64,000 bases of DNA from an uncultured Acidimicrobiia bacterium. Its GTDB lineage: Bacteria > Actinomycetota > Acidimicrobiia > Spongiisociales > UBA5794. A model generated the notes under the pieces. That model was not told where the DNA came from. It was given only the letters and a program-made list of their open reading frames with translations, and ran no database searches. How positions within the stretch are numbered: the first letter of the stretch is position 1; every line of letters begins with the position of its first letter. The stretch spans positions 42,967 through 106,966 of the forward strand of contig CAWGCJ010000023.1 in assembly GCA_963821095.1 (NCBI GenBank). The letters run 5' to 3'. A program made the translations under genes and the position numbers. Below are positions 1-7,431 of this stretch, one piece after another.

Positions 1-361
1 TGAGGTGGCGAGCTACCAGCAGCCCGGCTCGGGCCCCAATGCAGGCGGCGGCGACATTGGCGTCAGCTTTGCGGGCGGTGCCGCCACCGAGGACTTCGGC
101 GAGGGCCCGGCATTGAGCGCCGCGGGTCCATATCACCCGGGGGGCGCCGTCGTGGGCGTTGTGGCGACTGTCGTTTCGGCGCTGGGCGTCGTCCCGGGTG
201 ATGGGAGGCGCACCGGGGGGCTGAGATGGCGACGGACGGATGTTCCCTAGGTCGGCCCTCGGGGGGGACGGGCCGTTATTCCCGAGCCATGGTTCGCTCC
301 GCCGTCGGGTTCTCGCGGGTGCCTCGCCTAGTTGGCGTTCCGACCTATCCGAGATGCTCAT
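1..361 (-). CDS. Partial hypothetical protein running off the window edge, possible third gene of the DksA/TraR operon
   Basis: Manual translation from ATG at 361 (MSISDRSERQ...CRALAEVLGGGTARKADANVAAACIGARAGLLVARHL) stays open to position 1 and starts 10 nt after the previous stop. Not in the ORF track because the stop lies outside the window. Confidence 0.35.
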   Translation of the reverse strand, partial: MSISDRSERQLGEAPARTRRRSEPWLGNNGPSPPRADLGNIRPSPSQPPGAPPITRDDAQRRNDSRHNAHDGAPRVIWTRGAQCRALAEVLGGGTARKADANVAAACIGARAGLLVARHL

Positions 362-370
362 ACGGTTGTG

Positions 371-685
371 TCATCCCGCGCACTCCCGGCACGTCGTTGT
401 GGCGGGTAGCGCCTCGAGTCGCCTCCCTGTGATCGCTATTCCGCACGCAAAGCACAGCCCATAGACACCCGATGCGATGCGTTCGAGGGCGCCATCGATA
501 CCGGCAAGGCGAGCCTCGATGACATCAGCCTGCATCGCGGCCTCGTCATCGGTGACGTCGTGCGGTTCGTAGTCCCCGCGACTAGTCGCGGCGGCCCGCA
601 GATCCTCGAGCAGAGCTCGCAGTCGGTTCTGTTCGTCGAGGAGCTGCGACTGTTGCCGCCATTCAGATGTGGACAACACCCTCAT
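371..685 (-). CDS. TraR/DksA C4-type zinc-finger protein (second of tandem pair)
   Basis: YGLCFACGIAITGRRLEALPATTTCREC is C-x2-C-x17-C-x2-C after a helical region. ATG at 685 overlaps the upstream stop (ATGA). Confidence 0.85.
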   Translation of the reverse strand: MRVLSTSEWRQQSQLLDEQNRLRALLEDLRAAATSRGDYEPHDVTDDEAAMQADVIEARLAGIDGALERIASGVYGLCFACGIAITGRRLEALPATTTCRECAG

Positions 686-1155
686 CGCCCGACCGCCGGG
701 CCCGACGTGCCACCGACCAGCGGAGATCGCCGACCGGCTCTGTCGGTCGTCTTGCGGTCTGGGCCCACACGGGTGCGTGCGCGGTGTGACGACCGATCGC
801 TGCATGTAACACAGGTCGCAGCCGCCGGCAACGCCCGCAGCCGCTCCAATGGGATGCCCCTCCCGCAAACGGTGCAGTATCCGTACGTTCCGCCGTCCAT
901 ACGTGCCAGCGCCTGCTCAACCTCCCTGAGACGCCGTTCGGCCCGCTCGACCAAGAGCAGAACTACGGCGCCGTCAGAATCCGTCGTTGGATCCTCCTGG
1001 TCGTACATGTCGCTCAGATCCCGCCGGCTGAACGCATCGACGGCCTCACGGCGCAACGCGTCAACCCTTCGTTCTATCGAGGCACGACGATCCAGCAAGA
1101 GGCCAACCAGGGCCGTGGTCGTCGACGGTGCGAAGCGGGGGATTGTGATCACCAT
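682..1155 (-). CDS. TraR/DksA C4-type zinc-finger protein (first of tandem pair)
   Basis: ALARMDGGTYGYCTVCGRGIPLERLRALPAAATCVTC, acidic segment DLSDMYDQED, SD AAAGGAG at 1162-1168. Confidence 0.9.
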   Translation of the reverse strand: MVITIPRFAPSTTTALVGLLLDRRASIERRVDALRREAVDAFSRRDLSDMYDQEDPTTDSDGAVVLLLVERAERRLREVEQALARMDGGTYGYCTVCGRGIPLERLRALPAAATCVTCSDRSSHRARTRVGPDRKTTDRAGRRSPLVGGTSGPAVGR

Positions 1156-1198
1156 GACCGACTCCTTTGACCTTCGTGAGACGCTGATCGTCCATCTG

Positions 1199-1286
1199 CG
1201 AAGGTCTCTCCCGCCCTAGAAAGGGCCAGCAAACCGGGCCATGCGGCCGTACTGACGGCAGTGCTGTTTCGGGATACTCCCCTTGT
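1199..1286 (-). ncRNA. yybP-ykoY (Mn2+-sensing) riboswitch
   Basis: Minus strand reads CAAGGGGAGUAUCCCG-AAA-CAGCACUGCCGUCAGUACGGCCGCAUGGCCCGGUUUGCUG-GCCCUUUCUAGGGC-GGGAGAGACCUU. It has the hallmark GGGGAGUA...GAGACC (P1/L1) and CGUCAGUACG (L3) motifs with pairable stems. Confidence 0.85.
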
Positions 1287-1293
1287 GACGCCA

Positions 1294-1322
1294 AACATAT
1301 CATGAGATAAATGACGTGTCTA
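1294..1322 (-). promoter_or_regulatory. sigmaA-type promoter for the riboswitch/DksA operon, overlapped by an operator-like site (1296-1315)
   Basis: TAGACA (1322-1317) - 17 nt - TATGTT (1299-1294) with extended TG; predicted start falls at the 5' end of the riboswitch. Confidence 0.65.
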
Positions 1323-1351
1323 GGGAGGTCTCGGTCAAGCGAGCGTTCGCT

Positions 1352-1382
1352 GCTCGTATCCCCGGACGGCTCGTATCCCCGG
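1352..1382. repeat. Perfect 14-bp direct repeat GCTCGTATCCCCGG x2
   Basis: Copies at 1352-1365 and 1369-1382, enclosed by the inverted repeat GCGAGCG (1339-1345)/CGCTCGC (1394-1400). Confidence 0.8.
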
Positions 1383-1532
1383 GCGGGGGGAGTCGCTCGC
1401 CGAGAAGCTTTGTGACCAGAGCGGTCCAGGCCGTTTGCGGTGCCCAGGACCCGGCGCCGTACGGGGTTCAGAGGGTGGGCTGGGGCTCATCTCGTCGGTG
1501 GCCCGCTTCTTCGAAAGGTTGTGTCTATATCT

Positions 1533-1554
1533 GCCATTTATCTCATGTTATGCT
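1533..1554 (+). promoter_or_regulatory. Second copy of the 20-bp operator-like site, overlapping extended -10 TGtTATGCT of the wHTH gene
   Basis: Reverse complement of 1533-1552 (CATAACATGAGATAAATGGC) matches 1296-1315 (CATATCATGAGATAAATGAC) at 18/20. Confidence 0.7.
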
Positions 1555-1688
1555 TGACTCATAATGGTATGTGTCGACCGGCGCGCCGGGTGGGCAGGGG
1601 CGGTCAGCGCCACACCGCAGAGATTCGGATCGTCTGAGAGATCATCACGTCGGCACCGCACGACCTCGGTACCAAAGAGGGAGCTGCC

Positions 1689-2012
1689 ATAGTCGATCAC
1701 GACCACCGACCATGGACGTTCCTCACGAGCCATGCCCGGGTTCTCATCATCATCTCGCACAACCCGAGCATCCGCGTCCGCGAAATCGCCGCCATTGCCG
1801 GCCTCACCGAGCGCTCCACCCAACGAATCGTCGCCGACCTCGAGGCTGCCGGCTACCTGTGCCACGAGCGGATTGGCCGACGGAACCACTACACGATTAG
1901 GACCGGCGAAACACTGCGTCATCCCCATGAACAGGGCGTTGAGATCGGCCTTCTCCTCGAATTGTTCTCCAACACTTCAAGCAACGCATCGCACAACGAG
2001 GTCCATCGGTAA
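1689..2012 (+). CDS. Winged helix-turn-helix transcriptional regulator (MarR/ArsR-like, 'WTFLTxH' type) with ATA start
   Basis: Manual translation: VDHDHRPWTFLTSHARVLIIISHNPSIRVREIAAIAGLTERSTQRIVADLEAAGYLCHERIGRRNHY...LRHP. SD GAGGGAG lies 5 nt before ATA; no ATG/GTG/TTG in frame after the stop at 1635-1637. Confidence 0.85.
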   Translation: MVDHDHRPWTFLTSHARVLIIISHNPSIRVREIAAIAGLTERSTQRIVADLEAAGYLCHERIGRRNHYTIRTGETLRHPHEQGVEIGLLLELFSNTSSNASHNEVHR

Positions 2013-2170
2013 GGGCCGGTCATCTACTGACCTTGTGCCAGGCCGTACGGCCACGTTCGGGCTGTTGGCCTCAGGTCTGCTGCCCCGGCTGTTGGTGATG
2101 CTCGGTAGTTGCGAGCAGCCACAGGTCCTTCATTCGGTCGATATCGCTCGACGATGCGAGGAGGCATCTG

Positions 2171-2355
2171 ATGAGCTACAGGTGCATCGATTTGATATCA
2201 ACATGGTGACCGATTCCGCCAAGTTGGAGGCGTTCTTGAATGGGCTTGGCGGAGAAGTCGTCTCGATCATTCCCAACGTGAGGAAGACGACCCTTGCTCA
2301 GATCTACGGAGTGACGCGCAAGGTCGATTTCCTCCTCATCGTCGAGCGGACGTAG
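2171..2355 (+). CDS. Small hypothetical protein (~60 aa), probably one base missing near the start
   Basis: SD GAGGAGG then ATG AGC TAC AGG; adding one G gives MSYRVHRFDINMVTDSAKLEAFLNGLGGEVVSIIPNVRKTT...FLLIVERT. Confidence 0.6.
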
Positions 2356-2400
2356 CCGAGAGCCCTCGATCGACGTCCGGCCCCCGTTCCCAACGCCGAT

Positions 2401-4395
2401 TCAGTTCGCTTCGGAGGTGTAACGCTCCATCGCCCGTTGCAGGTCATCCCGGGTGACGGCCATTGCCGACGAGTCGCGTCGCAGTGCCTGCAGCGCCGCT
2501 TCGCGCAGCAACCCGGAGAGGTCTGCAAACGACAACCCCTCGGTGCCCGCGATGACTTCCTCGACATCGACGTCTTCGGCGAATGGGACATGCGAGATTC
2601 CGAAGAAGGCGCGCCGCGATTCCGCCGGCGGCAAACCCAGATAAAGGTGGGTCTCGAGCCTACCCGGTCGGAGCAGCGCAGGATCGACCAGATCTTTGCG
2701 ATTGGTGGCGCCGATGACGAAGACGTCGCCACGTTCGGACACGCCATCCATCTCGGTCAGCAGAGCGGCGACGACCGAGTCGGTGACAGAATTGGTCGAG
2801 TTGCCGCGGACCGGCGCCAGGGCATCGATCTCGTCGAAGAACAGGATGGCGGGCGCCACCGCCCGGGCTCGCGCAAAGACCTCGCGTACCCCGCGTTCGG
2901 ACTCTCCAACGTACTTGTCGAGCAATTCGGCGCCCTTGATGGTGAAGAATGCCGCACCGGACTCGTGGGCAAGCGCTCGGATTACGAACGTCTTGCCGGT
3001 GCCGGGAGGTCCGTGGAGTAGGAGGCCCTTCGGAGGTTCGATCCCGAGCCGGGTGAAGCGCTCCGGCTCCTGCATTTGCCAGATGACCGACTCGGTCAGG
3101 CGCTGCTTGACCTCATCGAGGTTGGCCACGCGTTCGAAGCCGTACGACGGGATCTCGCCGAGCGAAGCGGTACCCAACGACGGGGTCGTTTCGGTGATGG
3201 CGCGCTCGAGAAGATCCTCCGTCACTTCGCCCCCGTTGGTGGCGATGAGGGCTGAGGCGTGCACCACGGTGGAGATGACGTCGGCGCCCGAGAAGCCGGC
3301 GGTGCGATTGGCCAGGTTGGCGAATTCGATCTCTGCGGTCGGCACCTGAGCCAACGCCGACTCGAACAGCAGGGTGCGCCGCTCGAGGTCGGGGGGTGGG
3401 ATCGAAAGCGTCCGCGGCAACAGTGCCGAGTCGGCAACGGCATCGGGGAGCTTGGTCACCGACGAGATGGCGAGTACGCAAGCCAGGCGCGGACGATCGG
3501 CGACTGCGTCCAGGAACCAACGCAGTATGGCGGTCATCTGATTGCGGAACATGGCGTCGTCCCCGGCGACGGCGTCGAGGCGGTCGACAAAGATGACCGC
3601 AGGCACGGTCGTGTTCTTGACCGCCTTTTCGAGTAGTTCGAGCAGCTTGTCCGGCTTGAACACCAACTCGAGCGAGACTTCGTGCACTTTGGCGCCGGCT
3701 GCCTCCGCCGCGGCGTTGACCAGTTCCGACTTGCCGCAACCTGCCGGTCCTTCGATGAGTACGCCGGCCACCTTGGGCAGGCCCCAGGTGCTCGGCAGAT
3801 TCTGCGGCGAGGTCAGCAGCGACAGCCAACCCGTCATAGTCTCGAGTTCGGCATCGAGTCCGGCCAAGAGCGCCTCTGCCGTGGTCGGCGCCTCTCCGGC
3901 CGGCTGGCCCTCTGGCTGGGCGACCACGGCGGGCGGGGCCTCCCCCTCCTCATAGACGACGGTGCCGTTGCCGACCATGCCGGCCGGGCCGGGCACGACA
4001 TCCACCACCCGGAGTTCGACGTCTCCGGTCGAACCGCCGTCCCCGTACGAGGCCCGAACGACCACCATATCGCCGGCCGTGACCGGAGTGCCCTGAAGCG
4101 ATCGGGCGAGATGACGGGAGTCGAGTCGCTCATCTGTCGACGAGAGGACGACCCGCGATGCCTGGGGGAGGGGGGCACGCTGCACGTCCGGGTTGTCGCC
4201 GACGGCGAGACCGGCATTGTGCAGAGTGCGCGGTCCAACGGTGAGACCGTTGGCGGAGCCAACGTCGCCGGGCATGACGACGGCGTGGGTGTTGCCGAGT
4301 TTGATGACTCCACCGCCGGGGAGACCCATCACGGTCAAGAGGGCGGAGTCGGCGCGGGCCTGAGGGTCCGTGCCGGGACGCAGTACAAATCGCAT
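2401..4395 (-). CDS. Cdc48/p97-like tandem AAA+ ATPase (Cpa-like)
   Basis: N-domain plus two AAA modules: GPAGCGKS...IFVDRLD and GPPGTGKT...LFFDEID, SRH ATNRKDLVDPALLRPGRL. Start placed at MRFVLR, 8 nt after -10-like TAGCCT. Confidence 0.88.
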   Translation of the reverse strand: MRFVLRPGTDPQARADSALLTVMGLPGGGVIKLGNTHAVVMPGDVGSANGLTVGPRTLHNAGLAVGDNPDVQRAPLPQASRVVLSSTDERLDSRHLARSLQGTPVTAGDMVVVRASYGDGGSTGDVELRVVDVVPGPAGMVGNGTVVYEEGEAPPAVVAQPEGQPAGEAPTTAEALLAGLDAELETMTGWLSLLTSPQNLPSTWGLPKVAGVLIEGPAGCGKSELVNAAAEAAGAKVHEVSLELVFKPDKLLELLEKAVKNTTVPAVIFVDRLDAVAGDDAMFRNQMTAILRWFLDAVADRPRLACVLAISSVTKLPDAVADSALLPRTLSIPPPDLERRTLLFESALAQVPTAEIEFANLANRTAGFSGADVISTVVHASALIATNGGEVTEDLLERAITETTPSLGTASLGEIPSYGFERVANLDEVKQRLTESVIWQMQEPERFTRLGIEPPKGLLLHGPPGTGKTFVIRALAHESGAAFFTIKGAELLDKYVGESERGVREVFARARAVAPAILFFDEIDALAPVRGNSTNSVTDSVVAALLTEMDGVSERGDVFVIGATNRKDLVDPALLRPGRLETHLYLGLPPAESRRAFFGISHVPFAEDVDVEEVIAGTEGLSFADLSGLLREAALQALRRDSSAMAVTRDDLQRAMERYTSEAN

Positions 4396-4469
4396 GAGGG
4401 TGCAGGCTACTCCGCCGGACGCAGTTGACATCGGTGCCATAGCCGGCAGCGGTCCGACCACCCGATTGG

Positions 4470-6104
4470 TCAGCCGGCCAGCGAGTCGAGGTGAGGCACC
4501 GGGATGGCCGGCAACGCCAGCGGATGGGTGGCGTCGACGATGTGCACGCCGGGGCGCTCCAACCAGCGCCAGAGCAGGTGAGCCTCCTCAGCGACAGAGA
4601 CCGACGGCGGGACGGCGTCCGACATGGCTTCGTGTCCGGCGATTCGCATCAGCGGTGGCGAACCTGGGGCCCGCCACGCCGCGGCCAGCCGTCCGCTGTC
4701 GACGAGGACGCTGTCGCCGTTCTCGTCCTCAGCCCACAACATTCCGGCGCCCTGGAGGGCCTGCCAGGCCCGCTGCCGCTCCAAGCTGCGCCCCAGGGCG
4801 CGGTGCCGGTCGCGCAGGGTCGCAGCGTCTTCGAATCGTTCGTTGCGGGCATGGTTGACCATGCGTTCCGTCAGCGGCGCCAGCAGAGCCTCAGGGTCGG
4901 TGGTCACCCCGTGTTCGAGTTGGGCGACGACGGCAGCGTACGCCTCCTCGGTCACGCTGCCGTCGCAGGGGCAGATTGCCACGCCGAGCTGGGCGTAGTT
5001 GCAGGCAGCGCTGCGGGTGCCGCCACGAGTGAGGCAGCGCCGGATCGGCACGGCATCCCACATGGCATGCATCACCACTTCGGCGTGACGACGCGAGCGG
5101 TACGGCCCGAGGTAGAGGCAGCCGTCGTCGCTGCGGTAGCGGCGTACCAGCGAAAGGCGGGGGAAGCGTTCGTTCGTCAGCTTGATCCAGTGCGGCGACT
5201 TGGGTGGACGCGACCTGCGGTTGTAGCGGGGGCGGTGGGCGTGGATGAGGCGTAGTTCTGCGATCTCGGCTTCTAGTTCTGTGGCGCACGAGATGTGATC
5301 GATCACAGTCAGGTCGCGCAGCATCTGTTCGACCGAGCGCCGGTCATCGCCGTAGAAGTACGACCGCACCCTCGAGCGCAGATTCTTGGCTTTGCCGACG
5401 TAGATCACCGTCTCGTCGCGATCCCGGAAGAAATACACGCCGGGGCCACGCGGCAGGGAGTCGGTCAGTTCGATCTTGCGGTAATGCGGCTTGCCGCGGG
5501 CGGTCGGCAGGCGCATCAAGTCTTCGAGGTGGCTGACCCCGAGCGACCCAGCTCGGGCGAGCAACTCCCAGAACACGTGGGCCGTGGCCTTGGCGTCTTC
5601 GAGTGCCCGGTGATTTGGGGTGACGGGGGAGCGGAAGTGTGCCGCCAGGGAGCTGAGCTTCAGGTTGCGAACCTCCTGGCGGACCAGGCGGCGGGCCAGG
5701 GCGTAGGTGTCGGCGCTGCGGTTCGGGAGCCTGCCGTAGCCGAGCCGAATCGCGGCTGCGTTCAGGAACGAGATGTCGAAGCGGACGTTGTGGCCGACGA
5801 TGACGGCGTCGCCGATGAACTCCAGGAAGGCCGGCAAGGCCTCCTCGATACGCGGCGCCTCGACGAGCATGAAGTGGGTGATTCCGGTGAGGACCGTGAT
5901 CATTGGCGGAATCGGGACGCCGGGATTCACCAGTGTCTGGAACGTCCCGACCAGTTCACCGCCGACGTACTTGACTGCGCCGATTTCGGTGATCTCGCAC
6001 GAAGCCGCCGTCGCCCCGGTCGTTTCGAGATCGAGGACGCAAAAGGGAACCTCATGCAGCGGCGCCCCCATGTCGTCGAACGTCTGCTGCCGGCCACCCG
6101 CCAC
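4470..6104 (-). CDS. DEDD(h) exonuclease fused to GIY-YIG/UvrC-like endonuclease (Rv2191/Cho-like)
   Basis: VLDLETTG, GHNVRFD, HRALEDA; PGVYFF...IYVGKAKNLRSRVRSYF; Cys cluster; UVR-like ERFEDAATLRD. SD GGAGG before GTG 6104. Confidence 0.92.
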   Translation of the reverse strand: MAGGRQQTFDDMGAPLHEVPFCVLDLETTGATAASCEITEIGAVKYVGGELVGTFQTLVNPGVPIPPMITVLTGITHFMLVEAPRIEEALPAFLEFIGDAVIVGHNVRFDISFLNAAAIRLGYGRLPNRSADTYALARRLVRQEVRNLKLSSLAAHFRSPVTPNHRALEDAKATAHVFWELLARAGSLGVSHLEDLMRLPTARGKPHYRKIELTDSLPRGPGVYFFRDRDETVIYVGKAKNLRSRVRSYFYGDDRRSVEQMLRDLTVIDHISCATELEAEIAELRLIHAHRPRYNRRSRPPKSPHWIKLTNERFPRLSLVRRYRSDDGCLYLGPYRSRRHAEVVMHAMWDAVPIRRCLTRGGTRSAACNYAQLGVAICPCDGSVTEEAYAAVVAQLEHGVTTDPEALLAPLTERMVNHARNERFEDAATLRDRHRALGRSLERQRAWQALQGAGMLWAEDENGDSVLVDSGRLAAAWRAPGSPPLMRIAGHEAMSDAVPPSVSVAEEAHLLWRWLERPGVHIVDATHPLALPAIPVPHLDSLAG

Positions 6105-6132
6105 CTTGTCCTCCTGCCCACCGGACCAATCC

Positions 6133-6162
6133 ACCGTAGGTCGAACATATGTTCGATGTCAA
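6133..6162 (-). promoter_or_regulatory. LexA SOS box inside the promoter of the DEDD/GIY-YIG gene
   Basis: Perfect palindrome TCGAACATATGTTCGA (6141-6156) between TTGACA (6162-6157) and TACGGT (6138-6133); matches the actinobacterial TCGAAC-N4-GTTCGA consensus. Confidence 0.9.
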
Positions 6163-6205
6163 GGATCTGACCATGAGGCGGGCGCGGTGCTCTACCCTGC
6201 GCGCC

Positions 6206-6754
6206 ATGGAATTCTCGGGACGGGTGTACTTCGACATCGCCTCGGGTGACAGTTGGCGTTTCTACCAACTGATCGCACGGGCTTTCGAGGAACGGGCGCA
6301 GATTCGGCTCGAGTGGCGGAGTTGGGTTGCCGGCGGACTCGGCGATGGCCCGCTCACCGGCCAGGAAAGGGCCCAAGCGGCGTACGAATGGGTGCGAGAG
6401 GCCGTCCCGACCAAGCAGGGGCCATTCCTTCAGGCGCTGTTCATTGCCGTCCATGAGGAGGAGGCTCCGCCGGGTGACGCCGCCACGATTCTGTTGGCCG
6501 CCCGTCTTGCCGGCCTGGACCCAGATCTGCTGACGGACACCGAGATCGACGGTGAGGGCCGCAGGCTGCTCGAGATCTCCACCCGGGAGGGGGACGAACT
6601 CGGCGTTGCCGGAGTCCCGTCCGTCTATCGCCTCGGTCCGGTGCTCCAGGTGCGGACTACCGGCGCCGTCACCCGGGATAGGGCGTCCGACCGCCTCGAA
6701 ACCATCAACCGCATGTTGGATGACGATGGACTGTGGGAGTTGCGCAAACCATGA
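6206..6754 (+). CDS. DsbA/Rv2466c-like thioredoxin-fold protein without CXXC
   Basis: YFDIASGDSW at the CXXC position, LGVAGVPS cis-Pro loop, C-terminal LWELRKP. Leaderless start after TACCCT. Confidence 0.7.
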   Translation: MEFSGRVYFDIASGDSWRFYQLIARAFEERAQIRLEWRSWVAGGLGDGPLTGQERAQAAYEWVREAVPTKQGPFLQALFIAVHEEEAPPGDAATILLAARLAGLDPDLLTDTEIDGEGRRLLEISTREGDELGVAGVPSVYRLGPVLQVRTTGAVTRDRASDRLETINRMLDDDGLWELRKP

Positions 6755-6966
6755 GTGGCCTGGTCCGATATCGCTGTGCCCACTGCGGCAACAAGACCCG
6801 ATTTGACGTCTACGACACGGTCCGGCGCCGCCGCTTTGAGCACGCCACGCTCGGCGGTGAGGTCGCCATCGACGAGGAAGAGATCCTCCAACGGACCGTT
6901 GAGCGGGTGGTGTGCCGCTGGTGCGATCGGGACGATGCCATTGAGACGGTGAATCCCGCCAGCTGA
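6751..6966 (+). CDS. Small zinc-ribbon protein
   Basis: YRCAHCGNKTRFDV...VVCRWC; ATGA overlap with the upstream stop. Confidence 0.8.
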   Translation: MSGLVRYRCAHCGNKTRFDVYDTVRRRRFEHATLGGEVAIDEEEILQRTVERVVCRWCDRDDAIETVNPAS

Positions 6967-7041
6967 GCCGGTTGCCGGGTGCCGCGGTCTGGTTGAGTCG
7001 GTGATCTTCGGTACGCTCGAGTCAGCGACGAAGGAGGGAAG

Positions 7042-7431
7042 GTGGGAGTACGACTCGATCTCATCGGTCTGGTGGTGGCCGACATGCCCCGGGCGTTGGC
7101 GTTCTACCGCCGGTTGGGTCTCGACATCCCGCCGGAAGCTGATGGTGGAGGTCATGTCGAGTGCACCCTTCCCGGCGGGCTGCGGCTGGCTTGGGACACG
7201 GTCGAGGTGATCGAGAGTTTCTCCACGTGGCAGCCACCTCGGGGTGGTCATCGGATCGGTCTGGCTTTCCTATGTGACAGCGCCGCCGAGGTCGATGTTC
7301 GGTACGACGAGCTGATGCGGGAGGGCTATCGCAGCCAGCTGGCGCCGTTTGATGCCTTCTGGGGCCAGCGATACGCCACCGTCCTCGATCCGGACGGCAA
7401 TCCGGTGGACCTGTTTGCACCGCTCACCTAG
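7042..7431 (+). CDS. VOC/glyoxalase family protein
   Basis: IGLVVADMPRALAFYRRLG...PFDAFWGQRYATVLDPDGNPVDL. Confidence 0.92.
   Translation: MGVRLDLIGLVVADMPRALAFYRRLGLDIPPEADGGGHVECTLPGGLRLAWDTVEVIESFSTWQPPRGGHRIGLAFLCDSAAEVDVRYDELMREGYRSQLAPFDAFWGQRYATVLDPDGNPVDLFAPLT

Noticed and set aside
1732-2170. 5' part of track ORF 1732..2355 and ORF 1571..1900
   Set aside because: Shadow frames over the real wHTH gene (1689-2012); only the last ~60 codons of 1732..2355 look coding.
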